Positions 17,429-30,464 of a stretch of 64,000 bases of DNA are shown piece by piece. The notes under the pieces are model-generated. The model searched no databases, had not been told where the DNA came from, and worked only from the letters and a program-made list of their open reading frames with translations. Every line of letters begins with the position of its first letter. The stretch's first letter is position 1. Origin of the DNA: the human T2T-CHM13v2.0 reference genome, Homo sapiens; the NCBI RefSeq assembly GCF_009914755.1, contig NC_060927.1, one strand, 5' to 3'. The translations under genes were made by a program, and so were the position numbers.

Positions 17429-18750
17429 CTAGTTTCTATTTTCTAAGTGTTAACATCTGATAAGCAGCCCTCCTAAACTTCTCTGTCCCCACTAACATTT
17501 TGTATTAACTTTGGTCACTACAGTGGGAGCATCAGACGCTTCAGATAAAATTTTCATTTGTGGTATTTCTAAAACACTGTCATGACTTGAGAGACTCAGA
17601 GAGGTGTAAGATAAGAATTCACAGTTTAAACTCTGAACAACCTTTGTAAATCATCTTTTTTAGAGAGTATGCTGAAGAAATATTTTGAAAACAATAGACA
17701 ACATAGATAGAGAACTTCACTAAATAGAAAAAAGGGATATATCACTGGATTCTTACTGTTCTTTCTTATTAGTAGACTATTATTTCAATTTTATGATTTT
17801 CTGTGAAAGGCAATAAAAACAGCTATCAAAATATGGAAACATATATCAATATTCAGAAAGAAAATGTTTTGGGGGACCTTTGGAACTTCATCACCTTCAT
17901 ATTATTCTGAGTTTCTTTTATGCACTGTCTTAACAGGGGGTGGGATGAGAAAATATATACAACATTTCATTGGTATGTAACTAAAGTACAATTTTAAACT
18001 ATGTTAATGACATGACATATAAAATGGTAAATCTGTTTTTATTAAAAATTATATCTTATACAATATAATATGCAAATTCGATATATGGTTTTTGACTAAA
18101 AATATGTTGTTAGGAGTCTGGATGGAAGCACTTATGCAAGTAACAAATTCCTGCATTGTATGTTGAAGTGGGAGGAACTTGGTGATATTACACAGAAACC
18201 AACAGATTTTATGTTTCTTTTCTTAAGGCAGAATATATTTGCAGCTTTGATGTCAACAAAGATAAAGATTCCTCCACAATTGCAGAAATTTATACAGACA
18301 CACAGAATAGTGGGCACTCAATATTAAGTAGTGTTTCTCAAATTACTGGGTAAGCCCAACTACATCGGAATCATCTTAGAGTTCTAATATATCAGAATTT
18401 ATGACTGGTCGTGGGGACATATATTTTGAAAACATTCAAGGGAAACACTGAAATAAAGTCAGTGAGGCTACAAAACACTATCATTCCTAGGTTGAAATGC
18501 AAATTATGCAACCATTATTTGGCAGAGTTAATTGAATTTAGCCACACTCTACAGCTATTAATAGATAAAAAGTACAGATAAAATAAATTTTAAGAAACTG
18601 TATGGGACTAGAAACATTCTGTAGCTAGTAATTAGATACTTAAACAAAAAAATGATGTGTTAGTATAGACCATTGTCACAAATTTTAATGAGAACACACA
18701 AATGAGAATCAGATCTTTTAAAAAAAAGGAATATCAACTAGGGCAGATAC

Positions 18751-19300
18751 TGTCCCTTATACATTTTTCCTTTCTTTTTATTTTTGCATGTCATGATTGA
18801 AGCCCTCTATATACTCAAGGTATTTCTCACAACTTGGCAGATGACAGAGCCCATCACCTGTTTTAGATGCTGAATGTAACAGACCCTCACTTTTTCAGCC
18901 TCTCTTGCAGCTAGGGCTTAGGCAGCTAGGCTACCCCAACCAGACAGATCAACCCCAGATATTGAATTTGGAACTAATGAAAATAGAACAGGGACCAAAG
19001 AAAACCATTTCTGAATTTGTAGTTATAGAAAAATTATGTTCCTGTGGCAGCAGGGCAGTCAAAGTTGTTGGTGGTGATACTTGGCTGGTTAAAGCATTAC
19101 TGTGCTCTCCAGTGGTGTTCCCACTGCACTGGTTCACACCTTGTGTTTGAGCTTGGCTTCTGGCCCTATAGCTCCTGATCCTGGTTAGAGAACCTTTCAG
19201 TCATTCTGAGAGCCAATCAGAATTCATTTTAAAAATTCATTATCGCTTAAAGCAATCAGAGGCACTTTCTGCTGCTAATAATTAACATCTCTGATAAATG
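18751..19300 (+). mobile_element. Old ERVL LTR (LTR33-like)
   Basis: Motifs 'cagcctctcttgcagctaggg', 'ccccagatattgaatttggaactaatga' and a 3' end 'gcttaaagcaatcagagg..ttctgctgct'. Confidence 0.55.
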
Positions 19301-19519
19301 AATTTGATGTACGAAAATTTATATATTTTTATTTATATAAAATTTTAAAATATGTTATAAATTCTTTAGTTATTGATTATATTAATGTTTGTTTAATGTA
19401 TATTACTTGTAAGTTGTTCTCATTTTGTTGGGCAGTGTTAAATCAAATAATTTATACTGTAGAAAATACTGTCTTATTCATTATAATATAATGCTATATT
19501 ACTCATTATAATTACCTTC

Positions 19520-19680
19520 ACACTACTTTATTTAAATCTCATAAGTATTTTGATACTCAACTTAGAAAAAAAAAAACAGAAAATTTAAATGATTTATGCA
19601 AGGTCACTAAGCCAGGAAATGGCAGTAAACCAGTGTCTTCTGTGTATAACTCTTTGATTTTCAATTTATACTATGTCGCC
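19520..19680 (-). mobile_element. MIR fragment
   Basis: Core 'aaacagaaaatttaaatgatttatgcaaggtcactaagccagg'. Confidence 0.5.
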
Positions 19681-22199
19681 TTTAATATGAGTTCCAAGGA
19701 AGACGGAAACACATATCTATCGGAAGGGAACTCTGATTTTTGACTGTATGAAATAAATTAGACGATGTAGACTTTAAATTTAAAATTGTATATCTGCATC
19801 TATATCTATAAATTTTCAAAGTCTTACAGACCCCTCAACAGCCTACATATTTTCTTTGATGTCCTTTTGAAGACTGTGCCCAATCTTCTCTTAGACGAAG
19901 TTCAGTGAAATTGTATATATCCATGCTGAAAAAGAAAAAAAAATCCACCTTGCTACCACAATCAAATTTTAATAAAATTCTTAGAGTGAAAGGGAGAGAT
20001 GATGAGGAAAAATGAAGAGCTTATTTCATTTCTTGGAGGTCTATTTCTGATCTTCTTTCCTTGTGGCCTAATATATTTTTATGGGCTGGTATATGAAAGA
20101 ATAAGCAAATATTAATTGTCACAAGGTGTTCAAAGTTTTCTTCAGGATGTTGTATGAGGCAGCAGTAAATGCTTTGAAGCTGCGCATGGGAGGCAATATT
20201 TCTTGCATTTAAAAATTTTCCGTTTCTACCCTATGTGCAACTTCTTAGACTCCCATTCTTGTATCCCTCCAAAGCAGTTCCTCTAATACTAACTGTGGAG
20301 TTTACATCCAAATTATATCAACAACAATTTACTTCACTTGATTTCTGAGCCTCATATTAGCAACATTTAATGCTTATGATGATTGGCTTGACTTGTTACA
20401 ACCCATATCATGGAGTCTGTCCCAGGAGTGGGCCCTTGAGCATCTAGTCTCTTATATCACTCACTGACACTTTCTGTTTACACTGACCTAGTCTTCAGCA
20501 CAGGAGTCATTTCTGGTTTCTAACTCATGAAACCACCATCAAATCTGAGGCTATTTCCACATTCATTGGTTCAAATCTTCCAAGATATCAATTTATACTC
20601 CTCATACTATAGCTGCTGTCTGTCCCCATTCAACAACCACTGGCATGGGCAAACACACACACACACATACCCCACAAACACACCCACGCACATGTACCTG
20701 AGCCTGCACTGTCCCAGCTTCCAAATGCCTTCCCATTTATATTAGTTTTGTTTTAAAAATATAAAAACTTAGTTGGTTATATTAATCATTGGGAAGGGAA
20801 TGAACTTGGGCTAGGACTGATCTTTTGAATTTCAAACTGCTTCCAGTTTGTAATATAACAAAACGGTGCTTTTGTCTAGAACCTACAGCCTTTTATTGTA
20901 CTGTGGGCACAAGACCAAGAAGATCTGCTTGAGAGCCAACAGCTATAAACCATCTGGACCTGACATACTCCAGCTCTCAGAGGTTCTCCTGGAAGTTACT
21001 ATTTTGACATGAAATCCCACTTCTTTGAGAGTTTGTCAGAGGCACTGGAAGATCTTCAGAGACCACTGTTAAAAAGGGAAAAAAAATTAACTGAAGGGGT
21101 CATAATTCTACCTATTTCACTTCTTGTTCTCTCAGCCTAAAGGAGAAAAAAAAAAGACAAAACCATCTTTAACCTTTATAACTCATTTAGAATATCTAGG
21201 TGGCTGACAAGTAGAAATATGGTGTTCGGAGAAGTGCAAATGTATCTAGAGTTTAAAGTTTTGGCAACCATGACATAACAGCGTAGGGTTTTTAGAAGAG
21301 TAGGAATGTTCAGAAAAATTGTAGACTACAGTAATTTATTAAAGCGTCTGTTAGAAAGTCATATTCTCTTTAATTGGACACAATCTTGTTAAGATCTTCA
21401 AGCAGGAAAGCATTTGCCCTATTTTGGCCCTATCTCATGTCTATAGATTAGAACTGCAAATCTAAATTGGCCAAATGCCAGAAAAATTTAAGGCACTATA
21501 ATTACAGGGCTTTGAGCTTTTCAGTGAATTAATGATCATGGTTCAGGAAGATGAATCAAAGCTTAGAGAAATATGGTATGGAACTGTTTTTTTTTTTTTT
21601 TCTTTGATGGGATGAACCTCTTTTTCCTTCTCTCACTCTTTCTTCTTTGGACTCATAGATCCAAAATGCAAGTCTGAGAGGTACACTTGGTTCCCTAGCT
21701 TGAGAACTTTACCTTCAGGGGCTGGAAAATCCTATGAGCATGGTTGCACTTCGTCAGCTTTCTTTTCGGTTTGTGATCCCAGTGAATGTGCCTAAAGGAA
21801 AAAAAAAAGGTCTCTGATGAGCTCTGCACTAAACACTGGGATTAGTTTTCTTTTTCTGCTGAATCTTCTCATTTAAAAATTTACTCAGGATAGGTAATAA
21901 AATAACATTGGATTCAGGTTTGGTTATTCTTTGAGAAGTATGTCAAAGGAAAGGCCTACTTTGTATCTAATCCCTCAAGCCTACATTGTTTAGGAAGAAA
22001 GAAAATTTCAATTTGTTCTGCTTAGTTTACTGTGGTTTTATATTGGAGACTGGAGCTCCACCTAGTAATACAGTGCTAATTTGCCCTCGTTTGTTTGTCA
22101 GAGATTTGAAGGGAGAAGTCATTAATCAAGAGAAGGATTGGAAATTCCTATTTGTCATAATATCCTTGAATACATGCGTTGCATCCGTTTTGTAAGTAC

Positions 22200-22595
22200 T
22201 AACTCTAAAATGATATTTTACAGAACTATAAGATGTAGGAAGTAATTTTCTTCATTCCAACTCTTTAGCAACAGGCTCTGTGAGCTCCTTCAAAGTCTGT
22301 TCTAGCTGCAGAGAGCCTTTTCCCAGATTATGCCCTTTCTTAGGAAGCCTGGGCAAGGTGGGACTAAAAAGGTGAGGACGTTTCCACCTGACATGGGCAC
22401 TCTCCTGGCAATACTCCCTCCCAATAACCCCTATAGGTTGGTTGAAGATTGGTCAGTCCTGTATCATTATTCAAGCTTTTTTCTCTAAACAATCCTGGTT
22501 CCATTTCCTTTCTTTTAAAGATATTTAATCCTAATAAACATCTTGGACCCCCAACTCTATGTCTGCTCCCATTCTGGATAACCCAAACTATGATA
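22200..22595 (+). mobile_element. Old ERVL LTR (LTR16-like) fragment
   Basis: 3' end 'aataaacatcttggacccccaactct..ttctggataacccaaactatgata' resembles LTR16 termini. The left boundary is uncertain. Confidence 0.4.
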
Positions 22596-25124
22596 TATTA
22601 CTTATATATTTTATCTATATTTATGTATGTTATTTATAAGTCATTAATATGCACATAAGCAGAAAACAAATATAGTATATATATGAATATGTACACATAT
22701 GTATGTGTTTTTTATTTGAAAGCAGAAATAAGTAACCTCTTTTCTTAGATCTCTTGCAATCTCAGAAGCTGTACAACACAGATGATAAACTACATCGAGC
22801 AGCATTTCTGTTTCCTCAAGTTTCTTAATTCCTTTCTCTGCATTATTCCAAGGGAATTTTAGCCACTTACAGTATTTTGTTGTATGCTGATATTGAATTC
22901 CATATTTGTATTAGCCACTCCAGCTAGTAGTCAGAGCAACGAGAGGTTCAGAAACTACCATATTCAATACAGATTTAGCCCTTTTTTTCATACTGATTAT
23001 GTTGTGTGAAGGTTTAATATCCTGAAGCCACTTGGGGGAAGAAAACGTAGTTAAAGAGAATGATCTAATTAATAAGAACTGGGAGAAGAAAATTACATGA
23101 TAAGTGCCTGTCTATGAAAATGTATATTCTATTGGATCTGGTATAAGAGTTGGTGAATTAAAAAATAAAATGTGCTCCTGACAATAGCTATTTCTCAATA
23201 TTCCTGAATGTAAGTAAGCAAGAAAGAAGAGTCTCCGGGAAGGGAGAGAGAAAGGGGTGGGGGGAATAGGAGTGGAGGGAGTAAAGGGTGTTGGATATTG
23301 AGTCTTTGAGAGTTGATTACATTTCTGCAGTCTCACTGGACCTTTAGTGATAGGTCACTATTACCAGAAAAATCCTCTAACAGTCATGTTGGTTTTCATT
23401 TATAAACATTTAGAAATAACTGCTAAAGTTATGGTTGTATCTCATCTATACCAACCATGTAATTACCACAAAAATACTAGCTACATCTTTTAAAAATTGA
23501 TCTAGTTGTTAGTTTTGAAATTCTTACTGGTTCCCAAGATGAAGCATATAATCTGCTCTTCTCTGAGATATTTCAGCAAACCCATAGTGTTCGGTTTGTA
23601 ATATGTGGCCCTGTTGTTCTAGCCACACTGAGTAAATCAGTACCAATCTAACGAACCCTGCTTAACTGGCCTTAGATGTTCTCATGATCAATTAGATATG
23701 TGCATTAAGCAGCACAGCCCTTATTAGATCATCAATATTTGGTTGCTATTTATATTATATTGATATTATTTGATTGAAACAATTATTTCCTCTTTATTCT
23801 CATCTTAACTTTCTAGTTGCTTCTTTTTTTCTGCCGCCTTCTTAACTTCTACCTTCTAAAACCATGGAATTATATGGAATCCCCAATGTTGTCCTTTTCC
23901 TGCTTTTCTCCTCTGCTTTGGTCTCCTCTCATCAATCCTGCCATTTCCTCCCTTCCTTTCTCCTCTTTCATCTTCTCTCCTAAACCTGTCTGTTTCACAA
24001 TTTCCAACACTTTCTCTAAGTATATATTTCCCAAATATGGCTTCTAACTTGCTCTCCAATTCTGCAGTCCATTTCTATCAAATATAAGGGCTGCAATTTT
24101 GAAATTGACTTTCTAATGATTAATGAAACAGAATATGGAAAGGACAAGTGCTAGGTGCTGAAGTCATCAGTTTAATTCTACCCCTCTTTTTATTTAAAAA
24201 TAAGAATTTCACAGGGGAAAAAGGCAGAGGAACTACGGTAGTCCTCAAAGGGAGATTAATATATAAAAATAAACTAAGTCTTCTAAAATTACAGTAACTA
24301 ACAGTAACAGTATGGTAGTTCGCTGTTTACAGTAGGTCTTTCACATAAGCCTTATGGCTTCAGTTACCATGTTAGCGATGAGGAAGCCGATATTCAATGA
24401 GACTGAGCACCCTCTGTGTGAGATTTCCTATATGCAGTGAAGAAGGAAGGAACTCAGGTCTTTACATGGATCATGATCTGGTGTTCATTCCATTTGACAG
24501 CATGTCCTGTTTCATTAACATTCCACAGATCTTTGTGAAGAAATAAAACATGACATTACTTAATTAAAGTTGCCACTGTTTCTGTCAGCTGTAAATCAGG
24601 GTCTGGTGGTAGGAATTGAAGTAAAGGGCAGTCAGACAAAAGTTGAATGGCTTTGTGTGAAATACTCTGCTTCACACACTTCATAGTCCAAGTCCAATAC
24701 AGCGTTTCCATGCACAGGGTCTTCAACCACGGCATCTCCCTGTGGAATCACGTTAAGTACGGTTTTCTCACATTGTAGTGGAAGTCTGGAAAGAAAACTT
24801 CTAGATACTGTCTTGTGTGGGGCAAATAAATTAAATCTGGCTCTGTCTCACCTAAAACCAGATTCTACATCACTTTAGTAGAGAGTTAATGGAGTGTTTA
24901 ATATCACAAGCCTTGGCTTCACTGAGGCACACTAATATTGGTACAGTCAGAAATTGTTTTGATCTTTCTAAACCTAAAATTCCTATGTGTAAACTGAGGG
25001 GATAAAGCCAACAGAGTTTGTTTGAAAATTAATTGAGCTATTATACCCATGCAGTTAATTTAGTGCATAAAACGTAGTGTTATAGTGGTTAGTGTTGTCT
25101 GTCATGATCTTGAATAAGTTGTTA

Positions 25125-25362
25125 CTAAGCTGTAGTAAAAGGACATACATTTGGGGGTTAAACAGGTGTGATTTCAAATTTCTCTTCTACCAATTACCTA
25201 TTGTATGAAATTAGACAGATGATTTCTCTTTTTCTGAGCCATACATTTCCTGCCTATGGGGTATATTACCTCACTATGGATGTAGAGTGAAGATTAAATG
25301 TTATGCATGTCAAGCTTATAGAAAGCTCAATGCCTGAGAGATAGTGAGAGATCAATAAAAAC
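25125..25362 (+). mobile_element. MIR
   Basis: 'ttcaaatttctcttctaccaattacctattgtatga..tctgagcc..gtgaagattaaatg..gcctgag..atagtgagagatcaataaa'. Confidence 0.7.
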
Positions 25363-26441
25363 TCTCTTGCCCTTTGCCCGCCCGAACACCTAATGATCTG
25401 AGCTTCTTTGCAAGAAGAATTTTTGTTCGAGCTGCTCATCAGCCATGTTAAGGAGAAAAATAGCACTTTCAATCTTTGACACTACTGTTAAATATCTTGC
25501 TTAACATTTTCTTAAGCACTTTGCTGATAAAAATCCATATATTCCTAGTTATACTCTAGTCACTGTTTTCTTCTATTTTTAAATATTTCCTTTTAAATAA
25601 AATCTTTAAGCACAAATTACAGAAAAACAATGAAAATATACTCACATGCTCAACACAAAGATTAAAGACATACAAACATTTTCGTATTTTTAGATGTCTA
25701 TTTTTCTCTTTTTAGGAAACAAAACATTAAAAATACAGCTAAAGCATTATCCTTTATCTCTTTGTGTGCTCTTCCCTTCTCAGAAATTGAGTTTAGTGCA
25801 TTAATCTCATTTCTTCTTCATACATTATAATATAAATATGTATTCCTAAAATACACTACTGTTTGGTGTGTTTCTTGAAGGTTTGATATAACTCATCTGA
25901 AAAAAACTATATCCTTGTGATTAGATTTTTAATTACCATTTGCTTTCTTTATATTGTTATTTTATTTACAATTAAAAATGTTTTGACTAATTGTTCCGGT
26001 AAATGTTTACCTTAGTTTTTATTACTATAGGCATAAATTTGTTTATATAATTTGTTTTTTTCTACTCTATCTGTCATTATGCTTTCCTTTCAATCCCAGT
26101 TTTGCTCAGCTATACTTTCTCCCATTCTTAGCCAGAATTATAAGTTATTTTATTAACCTTCTTAAATATATAGGTTATGGTCTTAAGAATTCTCTCCTAT
26201 TTTAATTGCTTTTATTTTATTGGTTCTAACCCTTATATTCTTATATCCATCATTCTATTTTTTAAATGTTGCTTTTTTGTTCTTTTTCTGACTATATGAG
26301 CAAAATGCTTAAACCGTTCTTTATATTTTATTTTGTAATTTATAAATGTAATACTTTGGCTTTCCCTCAAGTTAGCTTTCACTTAGTCTCTGTATGAATG
26401 TACAGTGCTTTAATTTTTCTTCATTCTAATTACTTATTTTA

Positions 26442-26522
26442 TTACGTTGGTGGAAAAGTAATTTTTTTTTTTTGCCACTAGTTTTAATGGCAAAAACCGC
26501 AATTACTTTTTCACCAATCGAA
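26442..26522. mobile_element. MADE1 (Hsmar1-derived MITE)
   Basis: 81-bp imperfect palindrome ttacgttggtggaaaagtaatt...ggcaaaaaccgcaattactttttcaccaatcgaa with TA on both sides. Confidence 0.92.
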
Positions 26523-27336
26523 TACTTCAATTATGATTTCCATTACCAATTACTTATTTAGAAATATGTGTTGATATTTCCAAATAAAAAGGATTTTGAT
26601 GTAATCTTTTTGCTATTGCATTGGAATCAGACAACGCAATCTCTGTGGTATTGACTGACATTTTTTGAGCCTCCTACTATAGTTCAGTACATTGGCAATT
26701 TTTGTAAATGTTCTGTGCATGCTTGAAAAGAATGTACGTTCTTTCAGTATCGGGTGCAATGTTCTATTGTGTCTTTAGAGGAAGATTGATGTTCGTATTT
26801 TCTACACTTCGATTATTCTTCCAGTCTGAGCTATTGCTGATTTATAAAAATCAGCTTTTAGTGGAGGTGGATTTGCACATTCTTATTGTAATTCTATGTT
26901 TTTGCTTAATGTATTTTAGAGTATAAAATTCATGTCATATTACCAAATAAATAATAAGACACTATGATTCTTTTATTGTTATCTAAGTACTTTTTATTCT
27001 GAAAAATTATTTTTGCTTAATGTTTGTTTTGTGCATTAATACAGCTAACTGTATTTTTCTCCTTAGTTTTTAACATCATGTTTAATTTCTTTACTTTCTA
27101 CCTTTCTGTCTTATATTTTGCTTTCGATGTAACTCCTTTAAATTGCATATACCTGTTTTATTTTTCTTAAAATATTTATCTTCTAAGTGGTGAGTTGCAT
27201 TTATTCATTTATTTGTGTGTGTGTGATTGTTGACATATTTGATTAATTTATACAATCTTATTTTGTGTTTTTTATTATCCATTTACTATGAGTGTATTTT
27301 TCTTATTTTCTGTTTTATATTTTATTAATTAAGGTT

Positions 27337-27594
27337 TCTTTTTTTGATTTTATATTTTATTTTATTTTGTTATTTATTATACTTTAAGTTTTAGGGTACA
27401 TGTGCACAATGTGCAGGTTAGTTACATATGTATACATGTGCTATGCTGGTGTGCTGCACCCATTCACTCGTCATTTAGCATTAGGTATATCTCCTAATGC
27501 TATCCCTCCCCACTCCCCCCACCCCACAACAGTCCCCAGAGTGTGATGTTCCCCTTCCTGTGTCCATGTGTTCTCATTGTTTAATTCCCATCTA
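27337..27594 (-). mobile_element. Severely 5'-truncated L1PA3-like element (3'UTR only)
   Basis: Reverse complement of a primate L1 3'UTR (tatactttaagttttagggtacatgtgcacaatgtgcaggttag..cgtcatttagcattagg) preceded by a degenerate T-tail. Confidence 0.92.
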
Positions 27595-29808
27595 CTTAAC
27601 TTTTCTTATCTCTACTGAGTTGAAAATATTATATTCCATGTTTCTTCCTTTAGGGATTACTCTGAAATATTTAACATGCCTAAAAAGAAACCAAAATATA
27701 TTTCAAAGATGATCAATATTTATATCCTTTTTCTTAATAACAACAAATATTTAGACTGCTTTGTCTGTATATTCCCTCATATCTTAACATTGTAGTTTCT
27801 TTCTTGTCTTAATTAATATGCTGTCCCTCCAAATTTATTGTTATTGCTGTTGCTTTATACAGCCAATACTTATTTATATTTTGTTACATTTTTATATATT
27901 TATTTGTTTTCTCTGGCTTTATTTCCCAATTTTCCACTTAATTATCCTTGGTAATTTTTGGTGTTGTTTAAAAATTACTTGTTTTTTTTTCATCTTTATT
28001 GTTCATCACTTAAACGCAATGTTGCCTTTTATTGTGCTATTTTATTTTCTTAATTGGTTGTGACACTTATCTGTTAGCATATTTTTACTAAAGATTCTTA
28101 TTAATGGTAAATTTTCTCCATATGATCGTGTGCATGCATATCTGAGCTCATTTTAGTGGCACTATTCTGTTTGGTAGGTTTTATATAACCAGGCCAGGTA
28201 TATCCCTATATCCTTCACTGAAGTTGAGTCTGCAAGATCTTCAAATGTCTATAGTTCATGAATAAATTTTATGTTACGTTCTTGGCTTATGGTTTCTTAA
28301 ACAAATTAGAAAGAGTAAATGTGATCATCAGACATATAAGGGGCATAGTTTGGGATTTTCTTGCCTGGGGGATTCTGTTTTCTGCAGCCAAAGCTTCCTT
28401 GCTCTCTCCCTAGCCTGTTGGACAACACTTTGTAACCACACTTACCCTAAATGCATTTATCTTTGGGACTTCTGCCTTCATTCAGATGTCCAGCTTGGTC
28501 TTTTGCTATCAAGTAGCCATAAAACCCCAAAATCTTGGGCTACTGTGGCCAACGCATTACTAGAACATGTATTTAGTCATTAAAACACAAATCATTCTGT
28601 TTTTTTACTTTATTTTTTGTTTACTGAACATAGGGATTATCTTTCTTATTATTGGTGAGCTCCATAATGTATTTTGTGGCTGCTTTTATTGTTGTTGTTA
28701 TATTTTATGCAGTAATTCTAGGTACTTGGGATAAAATATTTGCCCATAATATGTTAGTTCGCCATCTTGCCTAAAACTGGAATTCTCTAATTTTTCCTTT
28801 CTGAAGAAGCTAACAAAATGAGGATATTTGAAGTTACCTGTAATCTAAGGTATTAGGAATTTTTTGATAAAGAAAATTAAGGCCATATTTTAGCCATTAG
28901 CCTACTACTTTCAGGATTTGTGGTGTAAGCATATGTGACCTTAGTGTTATTTATTTCATAATTTTTTTAAATCAACACTCTAAAATACAAGACAATCAAA
29001 TAAAAATAGATCAAAAGTGAAAACAAAAAGTAAATTGATTATTTACACTAGAGTTTAGCAGTAATATCTGTAATATCTGGTAAATCATAAATTTGAGAAG
29101 CTACTTACAATTTTTTACTTAAGCACTAAATTAGATATGTAACTGTTTTGATTAATTTTGTCTGTTTTACTACCTAAGTTCATATATTATGACAATAAAA
29201 ATTCCGTAACACACATTAGAAAACTGGAATCATAAAAAAACTTTATCACCTATAGTCTTTAAAAATTAGATAAATATAGTTATCAATATTTATGATGCTT
29301 ATTTGAAAACATGTAGTTAAAATACATAGTGTGTTTTAATTTTAATAGTTTACTGGATGATAAATATATTTTTCTATCGTTTAACCTTGAACACTTATAG
29401 TAATTAATTTTAATAATTATGTTATTCCATTTTTAAAAAAGGTTTTGTTTTTGAATTGTTTTAACAGCATCTACTGATACTTGCATTTGAATTTTTTTTG
29501 TACTCTTAGATTATAAACACTTTGAAAGCTAAAAATGCCTTACTTATATAGAGCTCTGTATGATGTCCAGTAAATTACTTTGAAGGAAATAAAACTCAAT
29601 GTTAAAATAAATTAAGTTGGTCAAAATAATAAAAGCTATGTGGTGTATAGATGACTCTTACAATTATTGAGCAATTGTTTATTATGAAATTAATTGGATT
29701 TTTGTTATTAGCACCATATCAGAACCAATATTTCTGTAGTTATCACTCACATGGGAAAATATTAATGCTTTTATTTCTGTATGTGTAAATTGACACTAAT
29801 ACTTCTTA

Positions 29809-30314
29809 TGTTGGGAATAGGCCCCCAAATCTGGCCATAAACTGACCACAGAACTGGCCATAAACAAAATCTGCAGCACTGTAACATGTTGGTGGTGGCC
29901 ATGATGCCCATGCTGAAGGTTGTGGGTTTACCAGAATGAGGGCAAGGATCACCTGGCCTACTCAGGGCAGAAAACTGCTTAAAGGTGTTCCTGAACCACA
30001 ACAATAGCATGAGCAATCTGTGCCTTAAGGACATGTTCCTTCTGCAGATAACTAGCCAGATGCATTCCTTTGTTTCAGCCCATCCCTTTATTTCCCGTAA
30101 GAAATATTTTTAGTTAATCTATAATCTATAGAAACAATGTTTATCACTGGCTTGCTGTCAATAAATATTTAGGTAAATCTCTGTTCAGGGTGCTCAGTTC
30201 TGAAGGCTGTGAGACCCCTGATTTCCCACTCCACACTCTAAATTTCTGTGTGTGTGTTTTTAATCCCTTTAGCACTGCTGGGTTAGGGTCTCCATGATCA
30301 AGCTGGTCTCAGCA
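29809..30314 (+). repeat. 5' LTR (MER9a-like)
   Basis: tgttgggaataggcccccaaatctggccataaactg...agctggtctcagca; homologous to 36335-36843 and roughly 10-13% diverged by eye. Confidence 0.93.
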
Positions 30315-30316
30315 AG

Positions 30317-30335
30317 TGGTGCCCATATGTGGGGC
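30317..30335 (+). promoter_or_regulatory. Primer-binding site, tRNA-Lys(CUU)-like
   Basis: TGGTGCCCATATGTGGGGC versus TGGCGCCCA-ACGTGGGGC (complement of the tRNA-Lys1,2 3' end), 2 nt after the LTR. Confidence 0.75.
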
Positions 30336-30464
30336 TCGAACCTGGGTTGGAGGGTCGCTGGAGCAACGGTTGGAGAACGTGGAACTAAGCTGGAGGACAC
30401 CCATACACTCTTAAGCAATCCCAGTGGTGAGTAAGAAGGGGAGCTTGGAAGCATCAGGGTAACA

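Larger units (their letters stand above)
25585..28785 (-). mobile_element. Highly degenerate L1ME-type fragments
   Basis: T-rich plus strand with L1-like phrases (ttttgtaaatgttctgtgcatgcttgaaaagaatgta), ending in an old L1 5'-type motif (gccatcttgcc). Confidence 0.55.

Noticed and set aside
23236-23292. G-rich purine tract as a possible G-quadruplex
   Set aside because: Irregular loops and no promoter context; indistinguishable from low-complexity sequence.
27325-27610. Possible TSD of the short L1PA3 fragment (ttaaggtttctt / ttaacttttctt)
   Set aside because: Too mismatched for an element of this age and embedded in T-rich sequence, so not claimed.
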